Of a DNA stretch of 64,000 nucleotides, positions 38,810 through 49,594 are shown one piece after another. A program made the position numbers and the translations under genes. How positions within the stretch are numbered: position 1 is the first letter of the stretch; every line of letters starts with the position of its first letter. This DNA is from Desulfobacterales bacterium (GTDB lineage: Bacteria; Desulfobacterota; Desulfobacteria; Desulfobacterales; UBA5852). The notes beneath the pieces are model-generated. The model did no database searches, had not been told where the DNA came from, and was given only the letters and a program-made list of their open reading frames with translations. The stretch spans positions 2,304,001 through 2,368,000 of the forward strand of contig CAXXVS010000002.1 of the NCBI GenBank assembly GCA_963674755.2. The letters run 5' to 3'.

Positions 38810-39559
38810 TTATTGGCTTTCCCATGCCTTGCGAATGGCCGCCCCCAGCCATTCGAGCAGGCCCTGATAGACCGAAAGGGATATGCCGATTAGAAAGAGG
38901 GCCACCAGAATCTTGCCCAGGTCACTCTGGTACAGGGCGATCCGGATGCTGTAGCCGATACCGGCATTGGCCGCGATAAACTCCGCCACGATCGTTCCGG
39001 CCATGGCCAGCGTGGCGCTGCCGGCCACCACCGTGGTCAGCTTCCCGATGTTTTCAAAAGCCCGGATCTTCACTTCCAGCTGCCAGCGCATACGTCCCGT
39101 GACGCGATAGAAATGCTCGATGTCCTGCACCGGCTCGGACATGATCCCCAGGACCGACAGCAGCAGGGGAAAGTAGCAAATCATGGCGGCGATCAGCAAG
39201 CGGGAGATGAAACCGTCCCCCAACAGGATAAAAATGATGGGCGCCAGGGCCACAATCGGATAGGCCTGCACATTGTAGGCCGCCACCTTGACGAAAGATC
39301 CCAGCCAGGTGGTCTGGCGGCCGACAATGCCGATAAAACCCGCCAGACAGATGGAGAGCACCTGGCCGACAATGGCCACCGACATGGTGTTCATGACATC
39401 GGAAAAATAGCGGCGGTATTCCTCCTGGGCGGTCGTCCAGATTTCGGCCGGTCCGGGAATGACGTAGTTGGAAAGATTCAGCGCATACTTGATACCCAGC
39501 AGCAGGGCCAGTCCCAGAGCGTAGATGATGAAAAACTGGTAGATCCGTCTAGGCAGCAT
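38810..39559 (-). CDS. ABC transporter permease (SsuC/TauC-like)
   Basis: QAYPIVALAP, IVAEFIAA..GIGY. Confidence 0.88.
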   Translation of the reverse strand: MLPRRIYQFFIIYALGLALLLGIKYALNLSNYVIPGPAEIWTTAQEEYRRYFSDVMNTMSVAIVGQVLSICLAGFIGIVGRQTTWLGSFVKVAAYNVQAYPIVALAPIIFILLGDGFISRLLIAAMICYFPLLLSVLGIMSEPVQDIEHFYRVTGRMRWQLEVKIRAFENIGKLTTVVAGSATLAMAGTIVAEFIAANAGIGYSIRIALYQSDLGKILVALFLIGISLSVYQGLLEWLGAAIRKAWESQ

Positions 39560-40241
39560 TCATGATCTCCAGCATGGTGGTTTCCATGTCCTGTTTTTCC
39601 AGGGACTGCCCGGTCTGCTGGTCCTGCCCCTGCACCACCGTCGCCGGCTGCCGGCGGCCGGTTCCCGCCAGCACCAGGATGTCCCGGCAGAATTTGGATA
39701 CTTCCACGATATTGTGGGAAATGTAGATGAAGAATTTGTCCGGGAAGAGGGCCTTGATGTTGAGGATGATCTTCTCCCGGGTCAGCTCGTCCACATTGGC
39801 CAGGCTCTCGTCCATGATCAGCATCTGGAAATCCTGCAGCAGATAGCGAATCAGGTTGATGCGGTTCTTCTGCCCCAGGGAGAGCTGGGAAAAACGCGAT
39901 CCCAGGAAGGGCGTCATCCCGAACAACGCCACCAGCTCTTCCTTTGTGACCCGCGCTGACGGCATCGCAATGCGATCGAGATGCTTACCCACCGCCGCCC
40001 ACCCCGGCAGGCGCTCCAGATTGTAGGAATACAGGATGCGCGCGATCCCCGGCGTACGGAGCCGCCCGTCAAACGCGGTCAGATCGCCGGTCAGCATACG
40101 GGCGATGGATGTCTTGCCCACGCCCGAAGGACCGAAAAGGGCGTTGAACCCGGGGCCTTCCATCCGAAAAGAGAGGTCTTCGAAAACCGGCATCTCGGCG
40201 CCGGGATAGCGAAACGTCATGTTGTGGCATTCGACCTGCAT
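39549..40241 (-). CDS. ABC transporter ATP-binding protein
   Basis: GPSGVGKT, LSLGQKNR, MDE, SHN. Confidence 0.88.
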   Translation of the reverse strand: MQVECHNMTFRYPGAEMPVFEDLSFRMEGPGFNALFGPSGVGKTSIARMLTGDLTAFDGRLRTPGIARILYSYNLERLPGWAAVGKHLDRIAMPSARVTKEELVALFGMTPFLGSRFSQLSLGQKNRINLIRYLLQDFQMLIMDESLANVDELTREKIILNIKALFPDKFFIYISHNIVEVSKFCRDILVLAGTGRRQPATVVQGQDQQTGQSLEKQDMETTMLEIMNAA

Positions 40242-40402
40242 GGCAAAACCCGGTTATCCGTCCAAAGTTCTCCGGAAGCGCCTCCACCCAGGCAGGTGCG
40301 CCTTTGCGGTGAGCGCTTCCTTTACGCCCGAGGGGCCAAACCGGTTGAAACAGCACCCTAACGCCAATTTTCCCGGTTTGCAACCGCCTGCCGGTGCCGC
40401 GT

Positions 40403-41365
40403 CTATCCGGCCTCTTCCTCCCCTTCGGCCAGGATGCGGGTCATGGTGGGGCCGTCGATATTGCCGCCGCTCAGGATGACCCCCACCCGTCCGGCCGGCG
40501 TCACCGCCCCGCTCAAGAGGGCGGCTGCCCCCAGCACGCCCGAGGGTTCCACGACAATCTTCATGCGGTAGAAGAAAAACCGCACCGCCGCCATGATGGC
40601 GCTCTCGGTGACGGTTTGCATGTCGCTGACGAATTCGCGGATCAGGGGAAAGGTGTGCTGACCGAGGGAGGGCGTGCGCGTGCCGTCCGCGATGGTCGGG
40701 GGGTTGTCCACCCGGTGCAGCACGCCGGTCCGAAAGGAGCGGGTGGCGTCATCGGCCAGCTCCGGTTCGATGCCGATCACACGGCAGCCCGGCATCACGC
40801 CGCAGGCGGCCACGGCCGACCCGCTGAGCAGTCCGCCGCCGCCGCAGGGGACCAGCAGCATATCCAGCGGCCCCGCCTGATCGTACAGCTCCAGGGTCGC
40901 CGTGCCCTGGCCGGCGATAATGTCCGGGTGATCGTAGGGCGGCACCAGAACCCCGCCCCGCTCTTCCTGGAGCGATCGCGCCAGGTCGTCCCGGGAGGCG
41001 TGGCGTGGATCGTAGAGTACGACTTCGGCGCCGTATCCTTGGGTGGCGGCACGCTTCGTGGCCGGCGCATCCTCCGGCATGACCACCGTCACGGGCACCT
41101 TCAGGAGGCGTCCCACCAAGGCCACGGCCTGGGCGTGGTTGCCGGAGGAAAAGGTGATCACCCCTTTGCGGCGCACGTCTTCCGGCAGGCCGGCAATGGC
41201 ATTGTAGGCCCCCCGGAACTTGAAAGCCCCAATGCGCTGCAGGTTTTCACACTTGAAGAACACCTCCGCCCCCACCCGCGCATTGAAAGTGGAGGACGTC
41301 ATCACCGGTGTGACGTGGGCCTGTCCTGCCAGGCGGCGGCGCGCCGCCATAACGTTTTCTAGCAT
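40403..41365 (-). CDS. PLP-dependent serine/threonine dehydratase family (hydroxyaspartate ammonia-lyase-like)
   Basis: KCENLQRIGAFKFRGA, SSGNHAQ, PCGGGG, SGGN. Confidence 0.9.
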   Translation of the reverse strand: MLENVMAARRRLAGQAHVTPVMTSSTFNARVGAEVFFKCENLQRIGAFKFRGAYNAIAGLPEDVRRKGVITFSSGNHAQAVALVGRLLKVPVTVVMPEDAPATKRAATQGYGAEVVLYDPRHASRDDLARSLQEERGGVLVPPYDHPDIIAGQGTATLELYDQAGPLDMLLVPCGGGGLLSGSAVAACGVMPGCRVIGIEPELADDATRSFRTGVLHRVDNPPTIADGTRTPSLGQHTFPLIREFVSDMQTVTESAIMAAVRFFFYRMKIVVEPSGVLGAAALLSGAVTPAGRVGVILSGGNIDGPTMTRILAEGEEEAG

Positions 41366-41651
41366 GGTTTTTTCCTATCCTCTGTTTTTGGTGTTCTTCG
41401 GCATGCCCATCGAAAAAAATGCTCGATGGTTCCCGGCTGTCTTTGCCCCGGGATCGCGATCGTTATCTGCTTCTTTGCTTTATCGATTTCGATTTCGCCC
41501 GGCCAGCAATCAAAAAACGCGGTTTGCTCGCTGGCTGTCACGTCCTGTCTGCACCTCTTTGGAATTCTTGGAAAGGCCCCCTCCCCCGGCCAGCAGCCTT
41601 TCTTTTAAAACGGAATATCCGTGGCCGACAGCCGGCCGGCCGCGTCCCCCT

Positions 41652-42530
41652 TTACCCCGCGCCCGCGATCAGGAAGACGCCGACAAAAATCAAGAGGGCC
41701 GAAACCATCCGCTGCCGGACATGGCGCTCCTTGAGGACCAGGGCCCCCAGCAGAACCGAGAACACGATGCTGATCTGCCGCAGCCCCACCACGTAGCTGA
41801 CCCGTTCGAGAGAAAACGCTACCAGGATCAGGAAATAGCCGAAAATGCCCAATACGCCGCACACCAGGATCGAACGGCGGTTGGCGCGCCATTCCCGCCC
41901 CAGGGCGCCCCTGTGCCGGGCAACGGCCACATAGGCCGACAGCAGGGCCATGCTGAACCAGGGGTAGATGAAGGCGAAGGCCACCGGATGAAAACGCTCC
42001 ACGGCCTGCTTGTCCACAAGGGAATAGGCGGCCACGGCCAGCAGGGTCAGGAAGGCATAGCGGGTGCCGTCATCGTAGCGGAAATTGCGCAGGGGCCGGA
42101 GCAGGGCCTTCGGCGTCAGGTGATCGAGGCTGATGGTGTAGACCCCTATCGCCGCCAGAAGGACCCCCGCCGCCCCCGGCAGGCTCACCTGCTCTCCCAT
42201 GAACAACACGGCCAGCACCAGGACCAGGGCCGGGGCGGAGCGCGAAATAGGATAAACCCGGGACAGATCGCCGGTTTCCAGGGACCGTGCCAGCCAGAGC
42301 CAATAGAGGAAATGCAGCAGGCCGGAGAGCAGGGCCATGGGCCAGATGCCGTCCAGGTCGAAGGCCCGGCGCCAAAGTCCATAGACGAAGACCGGCGCAA
42401 AGAAGGCCAACCCCAGCAATTCGTACCACCAGACGAAGACCTGCTTGTCGTGCGCCGTCTTGGTCAGGAAGTTCCTGACCGCGTGCATGGCGGCGGAGAT
42501 CAGGACCAGGACGACGGCCGTCGTATTCAC
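41652..42530 (-). CDS. EamA/DMT transporter
   Basis: About 10 TM segments; GDLSRVYPI.R, LRQ.SI. Confidence 0.88.
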   Translation of the reverse strand: MNTTAVVLVLISAAMHAVRNFLTKTAHDKQVFVWWYELLGLAFFAPVFVYGLWRRAFDLDGIWPMALLSGLLHFLYWLWLARSLETGDLSRVYPISRSAPALVLVLAVLFMGEQVSLPGAAGVLLAAIGVYTISLDHLTPKALLRPLRNFRYDDGTRYAFLTLLAVAAYSLVDKQAVERFHPVAFAFIYPWFSMALLSAYVAVARHRGALGREWRANRRSILVCGVLGIFGYFLILVAFSLERVSYVVGLRQISIVFSVLLGALVLKERHVRQRMVSALLIFVGVFLIAGAG

Positions 42531-42560
42531 AGCACACCATCTCCCCGGTGCCCGGGGCTT

Positions 42561-43541
42561 TCAGGCCTGAGACAGGGTGGCATCGGGAGCCAGATAGTGG
42601 CGCACATAGTCATCCACCGCCTCCTCGAGAGAGCGGCAGGGGGTCGACCATCCGGCGGCCTGCAGCTTCGTGAGATCGGCACAGGTGTAATACTGGTACT
42701 TGCCGCGCAGGTCCTCCGGCATGGGGATGTAGTCGATGTTCAGAGGGCGGTCGGCTGCTTTGAAAAGCGCCGCGGCGACATCGTTCCAGGATTGGGCCCG
42801 GCCCGTACCGATGTTGAAGAGTCCGCCGATCTCGGGCCGCTCGAGGAAGTGCAGGGTCATGGCCACCGCATCCTTGACGTAGATGAAATCCCGCAGCTGT
42901 TCGCCGTCCCCGTAGTCCGGGCGGTGGGATTTGAAAAGGCGCATCAGGCCCTCGTCGCGCACCTGGGGGTAGGCCTTGTTGATGACGCTGCGCATGTCGC
43001 CCTTGTGGGTTTCGTTGGGGCCGAAGACATTGAAATACTTCAGCCCCACGATGTTTTTCAGCCAGCCGTTGCGCCGGGCCATCAGATCGAAAAGATGTTT
43101 GGAATAGCCGTACATGTTCAGCGGGCGCAATTCATCCAGCTTCGCTTCGTCGTCGGCATAGCCCCGGGCGCCGTCACCATAGGTCGCGGCGCTGGAGGCG
43201 TAGATCAGGCGGCAGCGGGGATGGTCTTCCCGCCAGGCGGCAATGCGGGCCGTATAGCGGGTGTTGTTCTCCATCAGGTAATCGGCATCCTTTTCCGTCG
43301 TGGCGGAGCAGGCCCCCATGTGGAGGATGGCCCGCAGACCGTCGCCGAAATCGCCCCGGGCCAGCCGCTCGATGAACACGGTCTTGTCCAGATAGTCGGC
43401 GAAGCGCAGCCCCACCAGGTTTTTCCACTTCTCGGTCTGATGCAGCTGATCGACGACGAGGATATCCTCCTCGCCGCGCCCGTTGAGGGCCCAGATCAGT
43501 GCGCTGCCGATGAATCCGGCCCCGCCGGTAACGACAATCAT
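42561..43541 (-). CDS. hldD: ADP-L-glycero-D-manno-heptose 6-epimerase
   Basis: TGGAGFIGS, HMGACS.T, YASSAATYG, YGYSK, KYFNVFGP, YQ.YTCAD. Confidence 0.95.
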   Translation of the reverse strand: MIVVTGGAGFIGSALIWALNGRGEEDILVVDQLHQTEKWKNLVGLRFADYLDKTVFIERLARGDFGDGLRAILHMGACSATTEKDADYLMENNTRYTARIAAWREDHPRCRLIYASSAATYGDGARGYADDEAKLDELRPLNMYGYSKHLFDLMARRNGWLKNIVGLKYFNVFGPNETHKGDMRSVINKAYPQVRDEGLMRLFKSHRPDYGDGEQLRDFIYVKDAVAMTLHFLERPEIGGLFNIGTGRAQSWNDVAAALFKAADRPLNIDYIPMPEDLRGKYQYYTCADLTKLQAAGWSTPCRSLEEAVDDYVRHYLAPDATLSQA

Positions 43542-43585
43542 GGCTGTATGCGCTCCTTTCCGCTTTCTATTTTCCTGTCACACCT

Positions 43586-43858
43586 AAGTGAGCCCTCCTT
43601 CCGCATAGAAAGGAGGCCTCAGATAGTCCCCTCAAAGAGGGCTTGAAGAAGGTTTTATTCTTTGATTTTCATGATTCCCTTTGTCCCGCGACGACGCGCA
43701 GGGCAGCCCCCAAGGGGCCGCGGGGCACGGGCGTTTGAAGCCTGTCACGCCGAGGCGTGATTGCTTCTGTTTTCTTTCACGTGAAAGAAAATGAAGAAAC
43801 CATCTATGGAAAAGTGCACCGGATCGTTAAACCCTCTCCGAGACCTCCACCAAGGGCA
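43586..43858. repeat. Dispersed MITE-like repeat family A, copy 2
   Basis: Similar to 1571-1942 with an internal deletion. Confidence 0.75.
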
Positions 43859-43965
43859 AAGGGCTGAGATCCCCGTCCCGGCCAATACGCCGGCTGATGT
43901 CCCGCCCTTGTCTCCCAATTCCATCCAGGTGTCAAGACCACCCGATAGGACGGGATGCGAGGCCC

Positions 43966-44712
43966 TCATGCTTCCGACGGGCCATAGGGGCCGCCGGAAT
44001 CCGGGGTGCATTCGTAACGCCACCCTTCCCGGCGCGCCCACAGCCGATGGCGGGGCCCCGGCGTATCGATGTCCAATTGATCGTAAGCCTGATCCCCGCT
44101 GTAGAGAAAACAGGTGTCCTTCCCGCGGGGGACCACCTTCGGAGCAAAATGGTAGGCCGGGACCTGGGCGGCGGTGGACAGGGTCGCGTCACGGCTGGCA
44201 AACGATGCCAGGTGATGCAGGGTAACCCAGGTGGGCGGGAAGAACGGCATGCGGCCGGTGCGATGCCGCGCCAGCGCTTCATGGGGGGCCAGCCAGCAAT
44301 GGTCATGAATCTCACCCTGGTCGATGCGCACCGGCATCCCGGGCGAGGCCGCCAGGAAGAACCAGGTATCGAACCGCCGGGGCATCTCCACGGGTGCGGT
44401 CCAGCGCGACAGGGGCACCACGGCCTCGGTTGCCACGGTCAGTCCGGTCTCTTCGGCCAGTTCCCGGACAGCCGCACGGCGGGCAGTGGTCTGACAGGCC
44501 GGCCAATCGTCGGCCGGGCCGTCCACCGGTTCCACCGCTCCGCCGGGGAAAACCCAGGCCCCGGCAAAGGCCGACAGCTCCCGGCTGCGGCGCAGCAGCA
44601 GAACTTCCAGACCGGCCGCGCCGTCCCGCAGGATCACCAGCGTGGCCGCCGGCCGCGCCGGCGGCCCATCCGCATCATCGATATCCGCGTTTCGTTTCAG
44701 ATTCAGGTTCAT
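43966..44712 (-). CDS. NUDIX hydrolase
   Basis: VFPGG, AAVRELAEETGL, RRFDTWFF. Confidence 0.9.
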   Translation of the reverse strand: MNLNLKRNADIDDADGPPARPAATLVILRDGAAGLEVLLLRRSRELSAFAGAWVFPGGAVEPVDGPADDWPACQTTARRAAVRELAEETGLTVATEAVVPLSRWTAPVEMPRRFDTWFFLAASPGMPVRIDQGEIHDHCWLAPHEALARHRTGRMPFFPPTWVTLHHLASFASRDATLSTAAQVPAYHFAPKVVPRGKDTCFLYSGDQAYDQLDIDTPGPRHRLWARREGWRYECTPDSGGPYGPSEA

Positions 44713-44736
44713 AACGTCCTTGCGTATTTGAAAGCA

Positions 44737-45864
44737 TCAGCGTGTCCGGCCCCGGGCGTCCACCGGCCACACCTGGACGCCGTCACCATCCCGCACCACC
44801 AGGCGGTCGGTCAGGTTGACCACCGGGCAGGCGTGGTTCGGGATAAACCGCAGGCAGGTTCCCAGGGGCAGATCCGGACCATGGCGGGGGATGAAGCCGT
44901 GCTCTTCCGACAGGCGCACCAGCATCCGCGCCTGCCCCGCCGCGCCGAACCGCTCCAGGGGCCAGCCCACGGCAAAACCGTCGGCCGCGGCCGCGCCGTG
45001 GGCGCCGCCATCAGAGCTGAAGGTCTTGGAACCGGCATCCACGATCAAAAAATCCGCGTTGCGGCTGATGACCGTGGCCAGCACCGTGAGGGCAATCTGC
45101 GCCCGCCTGACCAGCCCCAACCGCAGGGGCGTCCGATCCATGAAGACATAGTTGCCCGGGCGGATTTCGGTGATCCCGTCAAACCGTTCGGCCGCCAGGA
45201 CGGTGGGCGTCGACCCCACCGATATCTCGGGAACCGCCAGGCCGGCCGCCGTCAGACGGTGGGCCACGGCCAGCATGGTCCGGCGCTCGTCCTCGGCGAT
45301 AGCCGCGACCTCAGCGCGATTGGCCGCGCCATAGGCGTGCCCGGCATGGGAGAGCAAACCGACCAGCCGCAGCCAGGGGTGGGCCTGGATCCTTTCGGCC
45401 AGGGTCCGGATGGCGGGGTCGTCGGGGCGGCAGCCGCAACGGTGCAACCCCACATCGATTTTGATGGAAACGCCCGTGACCAGGCGATGGGCCTCGGCCC
45501 GGCCGGCCAGCAGGTCCAGCCCGGGCCGGCTGTCCACGATCCAGCGCACCTCGCAGGCCTGGGCTTTGGCAGCCGCCATCAGACGGTCCACTTTGGCGGC
45601 GATCATCTGGGGTTGGGCCAGGGTGACGGAGGAAATACCGTCGCGGATGAACACCAAGGCCTCGTCCACCTTGGCGGCCGTGATGCCGCAGGCGCCGGCC
45701 GCCATCTGCCGCCGGGCGATGGCCAGGCTCTTGTGGGTCTTGATGTGGGGCCGCAGCCGAAGCCCACGGTCACGGGCCAGGGCCTGCATGGCATCGATGT
45801 TGTCATCGAGGATTTGCCGCTCGATGACAACGGCCGGCGTTTCCAGGGGCAGGGGCGGGGTCAT
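44737..45864 (-). CDS. D-threonine aldolase / D-serine dehydratase-like PLP enzyme
   Basis: RPHIKTHK, SHAGH, EIRPGNYVF, SEEHG, PNHAC. Confidence 0.9.
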   Translation of the reverse strand: MTPPLPLETPAVVIERQILDDNIDAMQALARDRGLRLRPHIKTHKSLAIARRQMAAGACGITAAKVDEALVFIRDGISSVTLAQPQMIAAKVDRLMAAAKAQACEVRWIVDSRPGLDLLAGRAEAHRLVTGVSIKIDVGLHRCGCRPDDPAIRTLAERIQAHPWLRLVGLLSHAGHAYGAANRAEVAAIAEDERRTMLAVAHRLTAAGLAVPEISVGSTPTVLAAERFDGITEIRPGNYVFMDRTPLRLGLVRRAQIALTVLATVISRNADFLIVDAGSKTFSSDGGAHGAAAADGFAVGWPLERFGAAGQARMLVRLSEEHGFIPRHGPDLPLGTCLRFIPNHACPVVNLTDRLVVRDGDGVQVWPVDARGRTR

Positions 45865-45927
45865 GGTCGTTTGACCGGCGTCTCCGCCAAGTCCATGGAC
45901 CTGGGGGCGGAGCGTTTTTCAGCCGGG

Positions 45928-46023
45928 CTAGTCCTTGCGTTTGGGCTTCTTCCTGGGGCGCTTCTTGCCGGTGGTCCCGCGCCAGATCTTGCCGCGTTTA
46001 CTGCGTCGATCACCTTTACCCAT
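45928..46023 (-). CDS. thx: 30S ribosomal protein Thx (bTHX)
   Basis: [41 protein letters not shown]; absent from the ORF track. Confidence 0.92.
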   Translation of the reverse strand: MGKGDRRSKRGKIWRGTTGKKRPRKKPKRKD

Positions 46024-46228
46024 GGGAATTCTCCTCCTTGGTTCGAATGGCCAATCACTCGTCAGGATCGATGGCTATCCATATACCCTTCCCCTGGGCA
46101 GGGCAACCCCTGCCCCCCGACCTTTCAGGCCCGTCCGGCCGTGCCCCCCGATCGCTTCGCATCCGGCGTGGTGCCTGCCCCCCAAATCCGGCATCCAGCA
46201 TCAAGCATCCAGTATCCAGACCCCAGCA

Positions 46229-47341
46229 TCAAAGCTTTTCTTCGCACCAGGCGCGGATGATATCCGTGTAGATGGCCACGGCCGCTTCGATGTTCGACAG
46301 CCGGACGAATTCATCGGTCTGGTGGGCCTGGGACGGCTCGCCCGGGCCGAGGATGACCGTGGGCGGGGCCTGACCGGCGCTACGCAGCGCCGCCGCATCA
46401 GTGAAATAAGCCGCGCCCCGGGGCAGCGGCCGTGTGCCGATCCTCTTCTCCACCACATCGAAGACCTGCCGCACCCACGCATCGGCCGGGTCATTGGCCA
46501 CGCTGGCCATATCGGCCAGGGTGCGGATCTCGACCGGGGCATCGCTGCAGCGCGCCACGGCCTCCCGCAGGGCATCGTGGTCCACCCCCGGAATGGTGCG
46601 GATATCCAGGCTGATGACGGCCCGATCCGGTACGGAGTTGATGTTGAGGCCGCCGTGGAGCATGCCCACGCTGAGGGTGGGCGGCCCCAGCACCGGATGG
46701 GGCTTTTCCGCAAAGGTCCACCCTTCCAGACGCCGGGTCAGGTGGGCGGCCTTGTAGACGGCATTGTCCCCCAGCTCCGGGGCGGATCCATGGGCCGTGC
46801 GGCCGGTGACCTCGATTTCCAGCCACAGGACCCCTTTGTGGCCCACCAGCGGCACATTGGCCGTGGGCTCTCCCACCACCAGGGCGCCCAGGCGCTCCGG
46901 CAACAGGCCGTGCGCGGCCAGATAGCGGGCCCCTTCGCAGCCGTTTTCCTCCCCGGCGGTGAGCACCAGACAGACCTCGGGACGGGGGCCCACGGCGCAA
47001 GCCGCCGCCACCATGGCCGCCACCCCGCTTTTCATATCGCTGGCCCCGCGGCCGTATAGCCGGTCGCCGGCGATGGTACCGGCCAGGGGATCCCGGGCCC
47101 AGGGCGCCTCCCCCAGGGGCACCGTATCCAGGTGCCCGGACAGGCAAAGCTGCGGCCGATCCAAGGTGCCGGCACCCCGGGCAATCAGATTGGTGCGCCC
47201 CTCCGCAAATTCATAGGCCTGTACATCGAACCCGGCCGCCTCCAGCCGATCGGCTAAAAAGCGGGCGCAGGCGTCTTCATCACCCGGTGGATTGCGGGTG
47301 TCGAACCGGACCAGTTGTCGGGTCAGCTCAATGGCATTCAT
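46229..47341 (-). CDS. M20 metallopeptidase (ArgE/DapE-like)
   Basis: GHLDTVP, GRGASDMK, GEE, GEPT, AH..DE. Confidence 0.92.
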   Translation of the reverse strand: MNAIELTRQLVRFDTRNPPGDEDACARFLADRLEAAGFDVQAYEFAEGRTNLIARGAGTLDRPQLCLSGHLDTVPLGEAPWARDPLAGTIAGDRLYGRGASDMKSGVAAMVAAACAVGPRPEVCLVLTAGEENGCEGARYLAAHGLLPERLGALVVGEPTANVPLVGHKGVLWLEIEVTGRTAHGSAPELGDNAVYKAAHLTRRLEGWTFAEKPHPVLGPPTLSVGMLHGGLNINSVPDRAVISLDIRTIPGVDHDALREAVARCSDAPVEIRTLADMASVANDPADAWVRQVFDVVEKRIGTRPLPRGAAYFTDAAALRSAGQAPPTVILGPGEPSQAHQTDEFVRLSNIEAAVAIYTDIIRAWCEEKL

Positions 47342-47552
47342 AGCAATGGCCCCCTGTGGCGCTATGTTATCGGTGATCCGTGTATAACCTCAGGTCCTTC
47401 TCTATAGAATGCCATCGTCCGCTACAATAGTTTTCCGGTGGGGGTGCCTGAAGCACAAGGGGATTGAAACCAGCGGTTGGCAGGCGGCGATTCGGTCTTA
47501 ATTTGTCGGGATATCTGTTTCCCCGCCCCTACTGCCAAGGAGATGAACGCCC

Positions 47553-49325
47553 ATGACGATCTGGCTGGTAACGGCAATCCTGCTGGTGACGCTGATCCTT
47601 CTGATCACCGACAAGGCGCCGGTGGACCTGGTGGCCGTGGGCATCATGGTGGCCCTGACCGTGACGGGCATCCTGGAGCCGGGCCAAGCCGTGGCCGGGT
47701 TTGCCAACCCGGCGGTCATCACGGTGGCCGCCATGTTTCTCATGAGCCGGGGCATGATCCGCACCGGTGCGGTGGGCTTCATCGGCCAGCGCGTCATCAA
47801 GGGGTCACGGGGCAACCCCCATCGGGCGCTCCTCATGAGCCTGCTGATCGTGGCCGCGGCCTCGGCCTTTATCAACAACACGCCGGTGGTGGTCCTCTTC
47901 ATCCCCATCATGATGGCCGTCAGCTGCGAGTTCGGGATCAGTCCCTCCAAATTCCTGATCCCGATTTCCTACGCCTCCATCCTGGCGGGCACCTGCACCC
48001 TGGTGGGCACCTCCACCAACATCATCGTCAGCAACCTCAGTATCCAGGCCGGCTACGCACCGATCGCGATGTTCGAACTGGCCTGGGTGGGTCTGCCGGT
48101 GGCCCTGATCGGCATCCTGTTCCTGACCCTGACGGCCTCGCGTTTCCTGCCAGGCCATGCCGCCGCCACCTGCCATGTGGAAGGCGGGAAAAACCGCGCC
48201 TACCTGGCCGAGCTCCGACTGCCAGGCCGCAGCGCCCTTATCGGCCGTACGCCGGCCGGCCTGGCCGACAGCCACCCGGCCGTCGGCATCATCGAGGTGG
48301 TGCGGGGATCGGACATCCACTACCCGGACGAGGCCGGCCTGCGCCTGGCCCCCGGAGATCTGCTCCTGGTCAAAAGCTCGGCCACGGACCTGGTGGCCCT
48401 CTTGGCCGCGGGGATGGTCGAACTGCCCCATGAAGACGCTGATTTCACCAAGGCCGGATCCGACCCGCAACACCTCATCGTGGAGCTGGTCATTCCCCCG
48501 GGATCCGGCCTGCTGGGGGCCCGGGTGCCGGATACCCGGCTGTTCAGGGACGAGGAGATCCAGATCCTGGCCATCAAACGCCGCAGTCATCACTATGCCG
48601 ATCTTAAAATCCGCACCCGGCGCCTGCGGGTGGGGGATATCCTGCTGGTGCGCTCGCCGATCGACAAAGTGGCCAGCCTGCGCAGCGAGGGCGACTTCAT
48701 CGTGATCGAGGACGTCCATCACGAAATCGTCCACAAGCGCCTGGCCGGACGGGCCCTGCTGATCTTCGGGGGGGTCGTGATCGCGGCCGCGACAGGGCTG
48801 CTGTCCATCATGGTGGCGGCCATGGCCGGAGTGCTCCTGATGATTCTGACCGGCTGCCTCCAGTTGCGCACGGCCTATCGGGAGCTGCGGGCGGATGTGC
48901 TGCTCCTGATCGTGGGCACCATCGCCCTGGGGCAGGCCATGCAGGCCACCGGTGCCACGGAATTGTACGCCCATGCCTTTCTGAAACTTTTTGCCGGGGC
49001 CGGACCCTCGGTGGTGCTGGCGGGGTTTCTCCTGCTCACCAGCCTCGGCACCCAGATCCTGAGCAACAATGCCACAGCGGTGCTGCTCCTGCCGGTGGCC
49101 ATCTCCACGGCCCTCACCCTGGGGGTCGACCCACGCCCCTTCATCATCGCCGTCTGCCTGGGAGCCAGCGCCTGTTTTGCTTCCCCCATCGGCTACCAGA
49201 CCAACCTGATGGTCTACGGGCCGGGCAACTATCGTTTCGTGGATTATCTCAAACTGGGACTGCCCCTCAATCTGATCGTGATCACCGGCGGGGCCGTCCT
49301 GATCCCCTACTTCTGGCCCTTTTAA
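47553..49325 (+). CDS. SLC13 permease with TrkA-C domains
   Basis: SAFINNT, GTSTN, SNNAT, PIGYQTN. Confidence 0.92.
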   Translation: MTIWLVTAILLVTLILLITDKAPVDLVAVGIMVALTVTGILEPGQAVAGFANPAVITVAAMFLMSRGMIRTGAVGFIGQRVIKGSRGNPHRALLMSLLIVAAASAFINNTPVVVLFIPIMMAVSCEFGISPSKFLIPISYASILAGTCTLVGTSTNIIVSNLSIQAGYAPIAMFELAWVGLPVALIGILFLTLTASRFLPGHAAATCHVEGGKNRAYLAELRLPGRSALIGRTPAGLADSHPAVGIIEVVRGSDIHYPDEAGLRLAPGDLLLVKSSATDLVALLAAGMVELPHEDADFTKAGSDPQHLIVELVIPPGSGLLGARVPDTRLFRDEEIQILAIKRRSHHYADLKIRTRRLRVGDILLVRSPIDKVASLRSEGDFIVIEDVHHEIVHKRLAGRALLIFGGVVIAAATGLLSIMVAAMAGVLLMILTGCLQLRTAYRELRADVLLLIVGTIALGQAMQATGATELYAHAFLKLFAGAGPSVVLAGFLLLTSLGTQILSNNATAVLLLPVAISTALTLGVDPRPFIIAVCLGASACFASPIGYQTNLMVYGPGNYRFVDYLKLGLPLNLIVITGGAVLIPYFWPF

Positions 49326-49361
49326 CGCCAGCGGGAACACACCCTTCCCGAGACGTTAATC

Positions 49362-49572
49362 GTGTCCATCCTGAAATGGTAGATTTTGGTTCCGGCCAAG
49401 GCCGCAGCGATTTGTCCCGCGCGGCGGGGTATTATCCCGCTAGACGGGACTTCCCGTCTGATCCAACCCCGCTGGGGGTGGAAACCACAGGCGCAGCTGA
49501 GCTACGGCGAGGATTTCCAAAGAGTGAGAACGTCGGCTTGTCCGCCAAAGGTGATTTTGTTCACCGGCGGAG
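49362..49572. repeat. MITE-like repeat family B, copy 1
   Basis: ATGGTAGATTTTGGTTCC..AAGGCCGCAGC shared with 53956-54149. Confidence 0.7.
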
Positions 49573-49594
49573 GGCCGAGGCTAAAAGATGCTAT

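Noticed and set aside
46190..46230. Short GCATCCA heptamer run
   Set aside because: Few degenerate units and no evidence of function.
36812..49340. Long opposite-strand ORFs (36812-38893, 41220-43646, 43897-46260, 47805-49340)
   Set aside because: Shadow ORFs opposite well-supported genes in GC-rich DNA, with no motifs.
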